Shown piece after piece: positions 30,439 through 40,753 of a stretch of 64,000 bases of DNA; the first letter of the stretch is position 1, and every line of letters starts with the position of its first letter. The notes below the pieces were generated by a model. It did no database searches, was not told the origin of the DNA, and saw only the letters and a program-made list of their open reading frames with translations. Source of the DNA: Flavobacteriaceae bacterium (lineage in GTDB: Bacteria; Bacteroidota; Bacteroidia; Flavobacteriales; Flavobacteriaceae); assembly GCA_045562345.1 (NCBI GenBank), contig JBJKVZ010000026.1:23820-87819 (forward strand). The letters run 5' to 3'. Made by a program: the position numbers and the translations under genes.

Positions 30439-31506
30439 TTAAAGTTTAATTGTTCTGTTAATTAAATAAAAATCTACAAGAACTAATGCAGTCATTGCTT
30501 CAACAATAGGTACTGCTCTTGGGACAACACAAGGATCGTGTCTTCCTCTTCCTTTCATCTCTACAGATTTATTATCAGAATCAATAGTGTTTTGAACTTT
30601 CATAATAGTAGCAACAGGTTTAAATGCTACATTAAAGTAAATATCCATACCATTACTTATTCCACCTTGGATTCCACCTGAATTATTAGTCTCAGTTTTT
30701 CCATCCGAATTAAAAGCGTCATTATGATCGCTACCTTTTAATTTTGTTCCTGCAAAACCACTGCCATATTCAAAACCCTTTACAGCATTAATGGAAAGCA
30801 TAGCTTTTCCAAGATTTGCGTGAAGCTTATCAAAAATAGGCTCTCCAAGTCCAATGGGTGTGTTTTCAACAACACAGGTAATAACACCACCGACTGTATC
30901 CCCTTGTTTTCTAATATCTTTTATATGATCTTCCATTAGAGATGCAGTTTTAGGATCTGCACAACGAACAGGGTTTTTTTCTATTTCAGAGAAATTTAAT
31001 TCAGAGTAATGTTTTTCAACTTTTATATCACCCACAGAGGATACAAACGCTGTAATTTTTAAATCAGAAAGTATTTGTTTGGCAATTGCACCTGCTGCAA
31101 CTCTACATGCAGTTTCCCTAGCTGAACTCCTCCCTCCTCCTCTGTAGTCTCTTTTTCCATATTTTTTATCATAAACAAAATCAGCATGTGAAGGTCTGTA
31201 AGTGTCTTTTATATGGGAATAATCTTTAGATTTTTGATCTTTATTATGGATTAAAAAACCTATTGGTGCTCCAGTAGTTATACCTTCAAATATTCCAGAG
31301 TAAAAAGTAACTGTATCTTCTTCTTTTCTTTGAGTAACAATAGAGGATTGACCAGGTTTTCTTCTTTGCATTTCATTTTCAATAGCATCTAAATCAATCT
31401 TTAATCCTGCAGGACAACCATCAATAATACCACCAATTGCTGGCCCGTGGGATTCACCAAAAGTGGTTAGCTTGAATATATTTCCGAAAGTATTTCCTGC
31501 CATCAA
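30439..31506 (-). CDS. aroC: chorismate synthase
   Basis: 355 aa with the TTFGESHG start, [10 protein letters not shown], and a conserved C-terminal region ([17 protein letters not shown]). Confidence 0.96.
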   Translation of the reverse strand: MMAGNTFGNIFKLTTFGESHGPAIGGIIDGCPAGLKIDLDAIENEMQRRKPGQSSIVTQRKEEDTVTFYSGIFEGITTGAPIGFLIHNKDQKSKDYSHIKDTYRPSHADFVYDKKYGKRDYRGGGRSSARETACRVAAGAIAKQILSDLKITAFVSSVGDIKVEKHYSELNFSEIEKNPVRCADPKTASLMEDHIKDIRKQGDTVGGVITCVVENTPIGLGEPIFDKLHANLGKAMLSINAVKGFEYGSGFAGTKLKGSDHNDAFNSDGKTETNNSGGIQGGISNGMDIYFNVAFKPVATIMKVQNTIDSDNKSVEMKGRGRHDPCVVPRAVPIVEAMTALVLVDFYLINRTIKL

Positions 31507-31551
31507 AAAATTTTAACAAAAATAGTTCTAATATTTATTATAAAAAATTGT

Positions 31552-33243
31552 TTATTTCCAATTCTTAAGTTTACTTGTTCTTCCAATTCCAGGATTAAAT
31601 GTATTTGTAGGATCTAATTTTTTATAAAAGTCGATTGTTTTTTGATCGGCATAATATTCATGACCAAAATTATGTTCTGCTGGGTACTCGGCTCCTCTTT
31701 TATCATAAATTTCTAACAGCTTTTCTTTCAACTCCTCAGAATCAACGCCTTTTTTTAGTATATAATTTTGATGTTGAACATGACAAAATAAATGACCATA
31801 GTAGAGTTTCATTTCTATTAAATCATCAATTTCTTTTGGAAGTTTTTCAAACCATTCTTTCTCGTTTCTTGGAAATGCAATATCCATTGACATCATCTCT
31901 CCAATATCTTTTTTGTATAAGGAACAATAACGTCCAATTGCACTAGCTGAAACAAATCTATGTAGCATAGCCTTTTTTCCCTCATAATTATTGCATTCAA
32001 AATAACTACCCTCTTTATTTTTAAAAAAATCATTAAAATAATTTTTAGCCTCTTCAATTCCATCATCAGACATTTCAATAATCCAATGATGTTCATACAA
32101 ATCCCTAAACTTTTCCATCCTTTTCGGTAAGTGGTTAGGCCAAAAATTACTTAAAAACTGCATTAATCTATCTGAAAAATGATCAGGTAAAAAACTGAAC
32201 TTATTAGAAATAATATCAACATTTCTTTTTAATTCAAACAAAGTTGGCAGAAAACTTGTACCGAGTTTCTCTATCACAACAAAAGTATCTTTACTATATT
32301 TTTTAGCTGCATCATAACAATCCCTGTGTACATAATCACCTAAAGTTGGTAATGTTTTAAATTTTTCCAGAATATCTCTTCTTATTTTCCAAAAATCATC
32401 TGGATTATTTGACCCAACATAGAAAACCTTACTTTTTTTTGGTTTTTCATAGGTGTCTAGCCTTACTGCAAATACAACAATTTTTCCAGCACTTCCAGAA
32501 ACATTATGCATCAGTCTTTGATCAGCATTAAATCTTGCAGGGGTCTTTGAATCAATTTCTCTGACAATTTCACAATATTTGTTATCGGATGCTAGTTTTT
32601 CAGAATTAACTATATCAGATTGTTTATAATTTAAATTTTGAAGGTTATTCAAGATTTCCTCAGGTTCAGAGCCCAAATTAATCTCTAATTCATTAATTAA
32701 TTTTAATTTTCCATTTTCATTTACTTTGGCATACAACGCTAGTTCTGTATATGCAGGCCCTCTTTGGACTAAGGAGCCCCCAGAGTTATTACATACACCA
32801 CCAATTATTGAAGCACCGATTGAAGTAGATCCTATGACAGAATGAGGGTCTCTTCCATATGGTTCTATTTTATTTTCTAAATCATATAAAGTGCTTCCAG
32901 ATAATCCTATAATCTGTCTTCCATTATTAATCACATGAATATCATTTATTCGCATTGTATTTATAATTACAACAGCACGATCATAATCATTTCCAAATGG
33001 GGTTGACCCACCCGTAAGACCAGTATTAGCACCTTGCATAATAATAATAACATCATCTTTTACACATACTTTTAAAACATTCCATAAATCAACTAAATTT
33101 TTAGGTTTAATAACAGCCAAAGCCTCACCCTCTCCATATCTCCATCCTCTAGAATAGGTTTCTTTACTCCATTTTGCCGTTAGTACATATTTACTGCCAA
33201 CTATGTTTTTTAAACCTTGAATGAATATATTTTTATTTAACAT
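31552..33243 (-). CDS. dld: FAD-dependent D-lactate dehydrogenase (quinone), Dld type
   Basis: 563 aa, collinear with E. coli Dld as I recall it. Shared blocks include NTGLTGGSTP, HSVIGSTSIGASIIGGVCNNSGGSLVQRGPAYTE, YPAEHNFGH and NPGIGRTSKLKNW. Confidence 0.9.
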   Translation of the reverse strand: MLNKNIFIQGLKNIVGSKYVLTAKWSKETYSRGWRYGEGEALAVIKPKNLVDLWNVLKVCVKDDVIIIMQGANTGLTGGSTPFGNDYDRAVVIINTMRINDIHVINNGRQIIGLSGSTLYDLENKIEPYGRDPHSVIGSTSIGASIIGGVCNNSGGSLVQRGPAYTELALYAKVNENGKLKLINELEINLGSEPEEILNNLQNLNYKQSDIVNSEKLASDNKYCEIVREIDSKTPARFNADQRLMHNVSGSAGKIVVFAVRLDTYEKPKKSKVFYVGSNNPDDFWKIRRDILEKFKTLPTLGDYVHRDCYDAAKKYSKDTFVVIEKLGTSFLPTLFELKRNVDIISNKFSFLPDHFSDRLMQFLSNFWPNHLPKRMEKFRDLYEHHWIIEMSDDGIEEAKNYFNDFFKNKEGSYFECNNYEGKKAMLHRFVSASAIGRYCSLYKKDIGEMMSMDIAFPRNEKEWFEKLPKEIDDLIEMKLYYGHLFCHVQHQNYILKKGVDSEELKEKLLEIYDKRGAEYPAEHNFGHEYYADQKTIDFYKKLDPTNTFNPGIGRTSKLKNWK

Positions 33244-33305
33244 ATTATTTTAAATTGGAATATTTTATTGAATAAGAAAATTGAAATAAAGGAATTAAAT
33301 TATTA

Positions 33306-33313
33306 TATATTTG
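33306..33313 (+). promoter_or_regulatory. Bacteroidota-type -7 box TATATTTG (possible -33 TTG at 33281..33283)
   Basis: Exact TAnnTTTG match 28 nt upstream of the ATG at 33342. A TTG lies 22 nt upstream of the box. Confidence 0.35.
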
Positions 33314-33341
33314 CTCCATATTTCTCAAAGATACTTTAATT

Positions 33342-34466
33342 ATGAAAAAATTTGTTCTAATTACACTTACAAGTTTTATCCTTTTTAGTTGTAATAACAA
33401 TAATAACACATACACTTTATCTGCTACAACTAATCACGATGAAAACAAGAGGGTATTTTTGATTAAAGTAGGGAAAGATAATAGGCCAATTGCAGTAGAT
33501 TCAACTGACGTTTTGGATGGAAAATTTAGTTTTTCTGACTCTATTGTTATACCAGAAATGCATTATGTATATTTTGAGAATGGCAGAGAAAATATTCCTG
33601 TAGTTTTAGAACCTGGATCAATAAATATTAAAATTTATAAGGATAGTTTAAGAACATCAAAAATTACAGGTACAAAATCAAATGAGGATTTTGACAAATA
33701 TTTAAAAGAGACTGATGATTTTTATGTTGAACTAAATAAAATTCAATTAGAAATCAGAAATGCTACTATTCAGCAAGACACATTAATTGTAAAGGACTTA
33801 AATGATCAGTTTGATTTAATGAGATCTAGATTAACTAATTATGAAATATCATTCATGTCAAAAAATAATGACTCTTATATATCATCATTAATCCTTCAAA
33901 GGATGATTATTCAAAGTGAGATAGAAATTGAAAATGCAATGGGGATATTTGAAAAATTTACTGATCTAATTAAAAAAACTCCTTCTTCCTTACAAATAAA
34001 AGAAAGTATTGATCTTTACAATAAACAAAAAGATGAAACTCCAAAAATTGGATCAATAGCTCCAAATTTTACTGGTCCTGGACTTGATAATGATATTATT
34101 TCCTTTTCAGATATTAATTCAAAAGTAATTATGATTGATTTTTGGGCTTCCTGGTGTGCTCCCTGCAGAGTTGAGAATCCTTTCTTGGTCTATTTAAATA
34201 CGAAGTTTAATACAGATGAATTTCAAATTATTGGTGTATCCTTAGACAGAGATAAGGAATCGTGGGAAAATGCAATTAAAGCTGATGGTTTGGTAGATTG
34301 GATTCATGTGTCTCATACAATGTTTTGGAATGAACCAATAGCAAGACTATACAATATTACCCAAATGCCAACTGCTTTTATTTTAGATTCCAATAAAAAA
34401 ATAATTGCAATGGATGTTAAGGGAGCTGATCTTGAAAATTTAATCTCTGATCAATTGTCATTATAA
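33342..34466 (+). CDS. TlpA-like thiol:disulfide oxidoreductase lipoprotein (N-terminal DUF4369-like domain + thioredoxin fold)
   Basis: 374 aa with the lipoprotein signal LTSFILFSC and the thioredoxin active site FWASWCAPCR. Confidence 0.85.
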   Translation: MKKFVLITLTSFILFSCNNNNNTYTLSATTNHDENKRVFLIKVGKDNRPIAVDSTDVLDGKFSFSDSIVIPEMHYVYFENGRENIPVVLEPGSINIKIYKDSLRTSKITGTKSNEDFDKYLKETDDFYVELNKIQLEIRNATIQQDTLIVKDLNDQFDLMRSRLTNYEISFMSKNNDSYISSLILQRMIIQSEIEIENAMGIFEKFTDLIKKTPSSLQIKESIDLYNKQKDETPKIGSIAPNFTGPGLDNDIISFSDINSKVIMIDFWASWCAPCRVENPFLVYLNTKFNTDEFQIIGVSLDRDKESWENAIKADGLVDWIHVSHTMFWNEPIARLYNITQMPTAFILDSNKKIIAMDVKGADLENLISDQLSL

Positions 34467-34969
34467 TTTTTTTTTGAGGTATAAAAAAAATATAAAAGCG
34501 GGCTTATCAAGATAATTACAATCCACAAATCATTAAATAAAACATCAGGATTTATAAGAACCGTACTTAATAAACCTGCAATTGCCCCTCCAAAATGAGC
34601 AGTGTGACCAATATTTCCAATATTTTTTTTCATACCGTAAATACTGTACAATAAGTAACCAATTCCAAAAACATATCCTGGTAATGGAATTGGAAAAAAT
34701 AACATTACCAATTTCATTTCAGGGTACAATAATATTGACGAGTAAACTATTCCAGTTACAGCACCACTAGCTCCAACAGCAGAATAAAAGGGTTGGTTTT
34801 TATGATATAAAAGAGCAAAATAGCTTCCTGATAATAAACTAATTAAATAAATAAAAATATATCCAATGGATCCTGTTTTTATTAACACTTGATTTGAAAA
34901 TAAAAAAAGAGTAAATAAGTTTAAAATAAGATGATTATAATCAACATGCAAAAATGCTGATGTAAACAT
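34451..34969 (-). CDS. rhomboid family intramembrane serine protease (true N-terminus probably upstream, to about 35101..35118)
   Basis: It has the TM2 motif FLHVDYNHLILN, the catalytic GASGAVTG and the catalytic His in HFGGAIAG. The same frame stays open upstream and encodes a TM1-like helix LYLIIISIVYFIILINIVVSL, but with no ATG/GTG/TTG. Confidence 0.85.
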   Translation of the reverse strand: MFTSAFLHVDYNHLILNLFTLFLFSNQVLIKTGSIGYIFIYLISLLSGSYFALLYHKNQPFYSAVGASGAVTGIVYSSILLYPEMKLVMLFFPIPLPGYVFGIGYLLYSIYGMKKNIGNIGHTAHFGGAIAGLLSTVLINPDVLFNDLWIVIILISPLLYFFYTSKKNYNDN

Positions 34970-35113
34970 CCTGTAATTATCTCCCTGAGTAATTTTGGAT
35001 ACCTGAAATTTATATTTATCAAAAAAAACCCTGTCTTTAAATGCTTTTAAAGAAACAACTATGTTGATTAATATGATAAAATAAACTATGCTAATAATTA
35101 TTAAATATAATTT

Positions 35114-35147
35114 AAAATAAAAAAACCCAATATCACTATTGGGTTTT
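35114..35147 (-). terminator. rho-independent terminator (minus strand) after the 35167..35850 gene
   Basis: Hairpin CCCAATA-TCAC-TATTGGG (35126..35143). On the minus strand a T7 run (35119..35125) and more T follow. Confidence 0.75.
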
Positions 35148-35166
35148 CTGTTTAAGATAAAATTAA

Positions 35167-35850
35167 TTATTCATATTTCTTTATAAGAACTCTTGTAAAG
35201 CTTTGAATAAAATCTTCTTTGGCAGTTTCCTTAAAAAATGTATCAAATGCCTTTGATTCAGCATCATTCTTTGCGCCAAAATTGAAAGCACTATTTAAGT
35301 CAGGATATGTTCCATAAATGTACATATTCTCTCCTCCACTAGTACCGTGAACAACTTGACCAATAGCTAAATATCCATCAAACTTAAATGTCTTCATTAA
35401 TTTTGAAAAAGAATTAACAAAGGAATTTCCATCATCGACTGAAAAAACCCAAGCTTGTCCTATAGGATAATCAACACCATCGTTAATAAGCATTAATGAT
35501 TTTCCAGCAGAAGATCTTCCACTGATTATGTATTTTTGAATTTCTGATAAATACAAATCCCAATCATTTCCTGATAAAGAGGCTCTTAAGTTTGCTAAAG
35601 ACTCAGATGATTTGGAACTAAAGGAAAGAACATGAGTGCCTTTAAATGATTCCCCTTTTAGAGGAATTGTAGAAAACCCCATTGAAGTACCCTCTGGAAA
35701 ATCAAAATTTGAATAAAATCCGTCAACTAAATTTTCTACATTTTTTAGCTCAGAGGGTTTAACCTCTAGATATACATTGTACCAAAATATTTGCTGTCCT
35801 GATAATGAAAGGGACAACAATAGTGTAATTAAATAAATATATTTTTTCAT
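35167..35850 (-). CDS. secreted hypothetical protein (paralog A of a tandem pair)
   Basis: 227 aa with the signal peptide MKKYIYLITLLLSLSLSGQ. It shares the motifs L-x-V-x-P, THxxxFS, WxLxxSxIxxYI and a C-terminal RxLxK with the upstream gene. Confidence 0.7.
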   Translation of the reverse strand: MKKYIYLITLLLSLSLSGQQIFWYNVYLEVKPSELKNVENLVDGFYSNFDFPEGTSMGFSTIPLKGESFKGTHVLSFSSKSSESLANLRASLSGNDWDLYLSEIQKYIISGRSSAGKSLMLINDGVDYPIGQAWVFSVDDGNSFVNSFSKLMKTFKFDGYLAIGQVVHGTSGGENMYIYGTYPDLNSAFNFGAKNDAESKAFDTFFKETAKEDFIQSFTRVLIKKYE

Positions 35851-35869
35851 AATTTAAATTTTAAAGTTA

Positions 35870-36592
35870 TTATTTCCATTGTTTTACAAGCATTCGCATA
35901 AATTTTGTTTTTAGAGTAAAATTAGAATAATCCATATTTTTATTTAGTTTATCTCTTTCTCTAATGAATTCAGGATTAGCATTATTAAATTTTCTATTAT
36001 TCTGATTTCTGTTTAAATAATCATTATAAGTTTCATAACCTCTGACATTCCAAGCATTTCCTTGGCTATGTGGTCCTCCAACAGCAATACCACCGTGTGC
36101 AAAAGATTGATAATCTCTCGGGTATTTTGTCCATAAACTTTTAACGTTATTTCTCCATTTATTTAATACTTCCCAAGATTTAGAATTCCAGATTTCAACT
36201 ATTTGAAATGGATATGGTTTCTCTGGACCAAAATTAAAAGCCCTTCCTCCATTACCTGAAAAAACTACATCATCGATATAATTATTAATTTTTGAAGAAA
36301 ATAATTGCCATGGTAAATTAATAAAATCAGGAGTATACATTTTAGAAATGTTTTCTGCATCTCCAGAGAAAATTATCTCATGAGTTATTGGTAGGTCTTT
36401 GGGTGTAAACATTATGCTATATAAACTAACTGTTACCCCTTCAATTTTGTTATTAGAAAAATGATCTTCCGTTACCTTAACAACCATTTCTTCATTTTCT
36501 GGTGACACCTTCAATCCATAGGCTGACCAACTGTGCTGAGCATTTATAAATGATATTGAAAATATCATTAAAAACAATATTATTTTTTTCAT
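35870..36592 (-). CDS. secreted hypothetical protein (paralog B of a tandem pair)
   Basis: The ORF is open from 36634. The second Met (36592) gives a canonical signal peptide MKKIILFLMIFSISFINAQ. It shares motifs with paralog A. Confidence 0.7.
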   Translation of the reverse strand: MKKIILFLMIFSISFINAQHSWSAYGLKVSPENEEMVVKVTEDHFSNNKIEGVTVSLYSIMFTPKDLPITHEIIFSGDAENISKMYTPDFINLPWQLFSSKINNYIDDVVFSGNGGRAFNFGPEKPYPFQIVEIWNSKSWEVLNKWRNNVKSLWTKYPRDYQSFAHGGIAVGGPHSQGNAWNVRGYETYNDYLNRNQNNRKFNNANPEFIRERDKLNKNMDYSNFTLKTKFMRMLVKQWK

Positions 36593-36683
36593 TTTGTGTT
36601 TTTTAAATTTTATTGAATATATAAAAAAAAACATTCTGATAAGAATTTTATATAAAAAAAATATAACTAATTAGTATGGAGAT

Positions 36684-37586
36684 TTGAATATATTTACAGG
36701 CATGAATTTATTAATATACTTAATAGCTTACCCTAGTATTTTAATTATCTCATACTTACCATTTAAAATACTGTATTTTTTTTCAGATATAACATACTAT
36801 TTTCTCTATTATGTTGTAAGATACAGACGAAAAATCGTAAGGTTTAATTTAGAAATATCCAAAATAGCAAACTCTAAAAAAGAATTAATTCAAATTGAAA
36901 AGAAATTTTATAGACATATTACTGATGTGTTTTTTGAAATGTTTAAGTTTTTTACTATTTCTGCAAAAGACATAAAAAAAAGATTTGTAGTAGAGAACCC
37001 TGAGATTCTTGAGGATTATGCAAAAAAAAATAAAAGTGTAATTTTTATGGTCGCACATCACGGAGGTTTTGAATATTTTATGTCAATTGGATATCATGTT
37101 CCCCATGCCCCTTTTGCGGTATATACTCCTTTTTCCAATAAATATTTAGAAGACCTTATCAAAAAAATTCGTTTGAATCACGGGGCCCAGATGATATCAA
37201 GATATAATGCAGCTTTATTCATAAAAAATCAATTGAAGGAAAACAAACTATTTTTATATGGGATGGCAGCAGATCAGTCAGCTCAAATCAGATCAATTAC
37301 ATATTGGAAAGAATTTTTAGGAATAAAAGTTCCGGTTTTTACAGGATCAGAAAGAATTGCTAAACAACATAATATTCCTGTTGTATTTGGTGAAATGAAA
37401 AAAGTAAAAAGAGGTTTTTATAAGGTTTTTGTTGATATTATTACTGAATATCCAAAAAAACACAAAGACTTTGAAATAACAGATATTTTCTTAAAAAAAG
37501 TTGAAAAACAAATTAAAGAACATCCTCACTTGTATTTTTGGACTCACAATAGGTTTAAGCATAAAGATAAAGCTCCAAAAAATTAA
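36684..37586 (+). CDS. lipid A biosynthesis (LpxL/HtrB-like) lysophospholipid acyltransferase family protein
   Basis: 300 aa with an N-terminal TM and the acyltransferase HX4(D/E) motif AHHGGFE. Length and layout match LpxL-type enzymes. The alternative ATG is at 36702. Confidence 0.75.
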   Translation: MNIFTGMNLLIYLIAYPSILIISYLPFKILYFFSDITYYFLYYVVRYRRKIVRFNLEISKIANSKKELIQIEKKFYRHITDVFFEMFKFFTISAKDIKKRFVVENPEILEDYAKKNKSVIFMVAHHGGFEYFMSIGYHVPHAPFAVYTPFSNKYLEDLIKKIRLNHGAQMISRYNAALFIKNQLKENKLFLYGMAADQSAQIRSITYWKEFLGIKVPVFTGSERIAKQHNIPVVFGEMKKVKRGFYKVFVDIITEYPKKHKDFEITDIFLKKVEKQIKEHPHLYFWTHNRFKHKDKAPKN

Positions 37587-38968
37587 TTAATTATTTCATC
37601 AATTAAAACTTCAACATCTTTAATTAAATTTTTAGCTTTTTCAATTGTAATAGCCTCGCTATAAATTCTTATGATGGGTTCTGTATTTGATTTTCTTAAT
37701 TGCACCCAGCTATCAATAAAATCTATTCTAACACCATCTACAAGGTCAATTTTTTCACTTTTATATTTCTGAGCAATCTTATCTAAAATTTTATCAATTT
37801 CGATTGATGGTGAAAGATTGATTTTTTCTTTTAACATATAATATTTGGGGTAAGTTTCAAGTAACTTGCTTGCTGTTAATCCACGCTCTACGTATAGAGA
37901 TAAAAATAAACCTATTCCAACTATTGAATCTCTTCCATAATGACTTTCGGGGTAAATTACCCCACCATTACCTTCCCCACCGATAATAGCATTATGTTTT
38001 TTCATTTTATTTACAACATTAACTTCTCCAACTGCACTATAAAAATGAACTTGATTGTGTTTTTGAGTAATGTCATTTAAGGCTCTGGATGAAGATAAAT
38101 TTGAGACAGTTGTTCCTGGGGTTTTACTTAAAACATAGTCTGCACATGCAACTAATGTATTTTCTTCACCAAATAGTTCTCCATTCTCACACATAAAAAC
38201 TAATCTGTCTACATCAGGATCAACTGCAATTCCTAAATCGGCATTACATTCCAAAACCTTATTAGATAAATCAGTTAGATTTTTTTTCAAGGGTTCAGGA
38301 TTGTGTGGAAAATCTCCATTGGGTTCACAATGAAGTTTAACAACTTCAATATCTAAAGATTTTAAAAAATCTGGAACTATTATTCCTCCTGTTGAATTAA
38401 CTGCATCCACTACAATTTTAAGTTTTTTAGATTTTATTTTATTGACATCAACTAATTTTAAGTTTAAAACAGATTCTATATGAGATTTCATCGAATCTGA
38501 AGACTTGGTTATTGTTCCTAAATCATATACATCTGAAAAAATAAAATTTTTCTTTTCTGAAAAATCAACTATTTTCTTGCCTTCATCTGAATTTAAAAAT
38601 TCACCCTTATCATCCAACAACTTTAAAGCATTCCATTGAGCTGGATTGTGACTCGCAGTAATTATTATACCACCACTTGCTTTATGTTTTTTAACCATTA
38701 ATTCCACAGTTGGAGTTGTTGAAAGACCTAAATCAATCACGTCGATGCCCATTGACACAAGAGAGTTTTGAACAAGATTTTGTATCATTATTCCAGAAAT
38801 TCTAGCATCTCTTCCTATTACAATTTTATTTTTAATGTTAGGGCTTCTTTCCTTAATCCATTGGGCATATGCACACCCAAAATTAACTGCATCCAACGGA
38901 GTTAGATTGTTTCCAAACTTACCTCCAATTGTTCCTCTAATTCCAGAAATTGATTTTATCAATGTCAT
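37583..38968 (-). CDS. glmM: phosphoglucosamine mutase
   Basis: 461 aa. It has SISGIRGTIG at the N-terminus, the phosphoserine loop ITASHNP, the Mg site AVDPDVDR and GGEGNGG. Confidence 0.88.
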   Translation of the reverse strand: MTLIKSISGIRGTIGGKFGNNLTPLDAVNFGCAYAQWIKERSPNIKNKIVIGRDARISGIMIQNLVQNSLVSMGIDVIDLGLSTTPTVELMVKKHKASGGIIITASHNPAQWNALKLLDDKGEFLNSDEGKKIVDFSEKKNFIFSDVYDLGTITKSSDSMKSHIESVLNLKLVDVNKIKSKKLKIVVDAVNSTGGIIVPDFLKSLDIEVVKLHCEPNGDFPHNPEPLKKNLTDLSNKVLECNADLGIAVDPDVDRLVFMCENGELFGEENTLVACADYVLSKTPGTTVSNLSSSRALNDITQKHNQVHFYSAVGEVNVVNKMKKHNAIIGGEGNGGVIYPESHYGRDSIVGIGLFLSLYVERGLTASKLLETYPKYYMLKEKINLSPSIEIDKILDKIAQKYKSEKIDLVDGVRIDFIDSWVQLRKSNTEPIIRIYSEAITIEKAKNLIKDVEVLIDEIIN

Positions 38969-39018
38969 TCAAACAAATATACGATTTGAATAACTTTTAA
39001 CTTACTTTTATAGAAAAT

Positions 39019-40695
39019 TTGAAAATGACTAAAAAAAATATTAATGTTCTATTTGTTCTTTTAACATTCTTTTTCTCTTGTTCAACGCAAGAAAAATATA
39101 AAAATGGAATGGTTGTTTCAGCTAAAGCTGAAGCATCTAAAGCTGGAATATCTATTTTAAAACAAGGGGGTAATGCTTTTGATGCAATGATAGCAACAGA
39201 TTTAGCATTAGCAGTTGTTTATCCAAATGCAGGGAATCTTGGAGGAGGTGGGTTTATGGTTTTTAGATTATCAAATGATTCTATTGGTTCCTTAGATTAT
39301 AGAGAAAAATCACCTTCTAAATCGACTAAGAATATGTATTTAGATGAAAACGAGACTGAAATAAAAGGATTAAGTACTTATGGTGGTTTAGCAGTGGGTA
39401 TTCCAGGTACAATTGCTGGCTTATTTGAGACTTATGAAAAGTTTGGGTCACTACCCCTTAGTACATTATTTAAACCAGCAATAGATTTAGCTGAAAAGGG
39501 ATTTTTATTAAGTGAACAACAAGCAAATACATGGAATGAAAAAAGAAATGAAATCTTAGCCATTAATGATTCAGTTGATCTTTTTTCAAAAGAATTTAAG
39601 ACTGGGGATAGAATAATTAACAAACCTCTTGCTAATACTTTAAGATTAATTTTAAAAAATGGAAAGAAAGAATTTTATGAAGGGTCAATAGCCAAGGACT
39701 TAGTAGAATATTTAAATAAAAAAAATGGAATCATAACATTGGAAGATCTTTCTAACTATAGTCCAGTTTGGAGGGATCCTTTTAAGTTCAAATATAAAAA
39801 CATAGAAATTATTTCCATGGGACCTCCATCATCTGGAGGTATTGTATTGGGTCAAATTTTTAAAATGATTGAACCCTTTGATGTTTCTACATTAAAACAC
39901 AACAAACTAAAATACATTCAACTACTTGTTGAAGCCCAAAAAAGAGCTTTTGCAGATAGAAGTGAATACTTGGGTGATCCAGATTTCAATTTTATTCCTT
40001 TAAATAATTTAATCGATAGTACATATTTATCAAATAGAATGAATAATTTCTCATATGAAAAATCAACTCCCTCAAAAGATATTTCATTTGGTGATTTAAA
40101 ATTCTCTGAAAGTCTCGAAACTACTCATTATTCAATTGTTGATGGGTTTGGAAATGCAGTTTCAGTAACAACAACATTAAATGCTAATTTTGGTTCTAAA
40201 TTAATTTCACCAAAACTCGGTTTTTTTCTAAATAATGAAATGGATGACTTTTCAATAAAACCTGGTTTACCCAACTTTTATGGACTAACTGGGGGTGATG
40301 TAAACTCAATAGAACCTAATAAAAGAATGCTTAGTTCTATGACTCCTACAATTGTAAAAAAAGATGACAAACTACATTTAGTTTTAGGCAGTCCGGGTGG
40401 ACCTACAATAATTACCTCTGTTTTACAAACTATACTTAATTTTGAAGAGTTCAATTTTGATATTAAACAATCAGTAAATTCTCCGAGATTTCACCATTTA
40501 TGGCTCCCCGATTTAATTTATTTTGAAAACAACACTCTAACTAATGACTTAAAAGATGATCTTTTAGAAAAAGGATATCAAATAAATACAAATCCCAGTG
40601 TCATTGGACGTGTTGATGCGATACATGTTGATAAATATGGATTTTTATTTGGAGGAGCAGATAAAAGAGGGGATGATACGTCTATAGGTTATTGA
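39019..40695 (+). CDS. ggt: gamma-glutamyltransferase
   Basis: 558 aa with a signal/lipobox FFFSC, the autoprocessing/catalytic Thr context SLETTHYSIVD and the GSPGGPTII motif. Confidence 0.93.
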   Translation: MKMTKKNINVLFVLLTFFFSCSTQEKYKNGMVVSAKAEASKAGISILKQGGNAFDAMIATDLALAVVYPNAGNLGGGGFMVFRLSNDSIGSLDYREKSPSKSTKNMYLDENETEIKGLSTYGGLAVGIPGTIAGLFETYEKFGSLPLSTLFKPAIDLAEKGFLLSEQQANTWNEKRNEILAINDSVDLFSKEFKTGDRIINKPLANTLRLILKNGKKEFYEGSIAKDLVEYLNKKNGIITLEDLSNYSPVWRDPFKFKYKNIEIISMGPPSSGGIVLGQIFKMIEPFDVSTLKHNKLKYIQLLVEAQKRAFADRSEYLGDPDFNFIPLNNLIDSTYLSNRMNNFSYEKSTPSKDISFGDLKFSESLETTHYSIVDGFGNAVSVTTTLNANFGSKLISPKLGFFLNNEMDDFSIKPGLPNFYGLTGGDVNSIEPNKRMLSSMTPTIVKKDDKLHLVLGSPGGPTIITSVLQTILNFEEFNFDIKQSVNSPRFHHLWLPDLIYFENNTLTNDLKDDLLEKGYQINTNPSVIGRVDAIHVDKYGFLFGGADKRGDDTSIGY

Positions 40696-40753
40696 GTAAA
40701 TCTATATTAAAATTTCATTTAAAACATTAACTTGCGAGCTTGATTAATTCTCA

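Noticed and set aside
36593-36634. N-terminal extensions in the ORF track: MFFFIYSIKFKKHK on the secreted paralog, 57204..57260 on recG, 52162..52182 on the OmpA-family gene
   Set aside because: The downstream ATGs give canonical signal peptides or conserved N-termini (MKKIILFL..., MTPIDYLKGVGP..., MKKYFLL...). The 52162 TTG lies inside a -7 promoter box.
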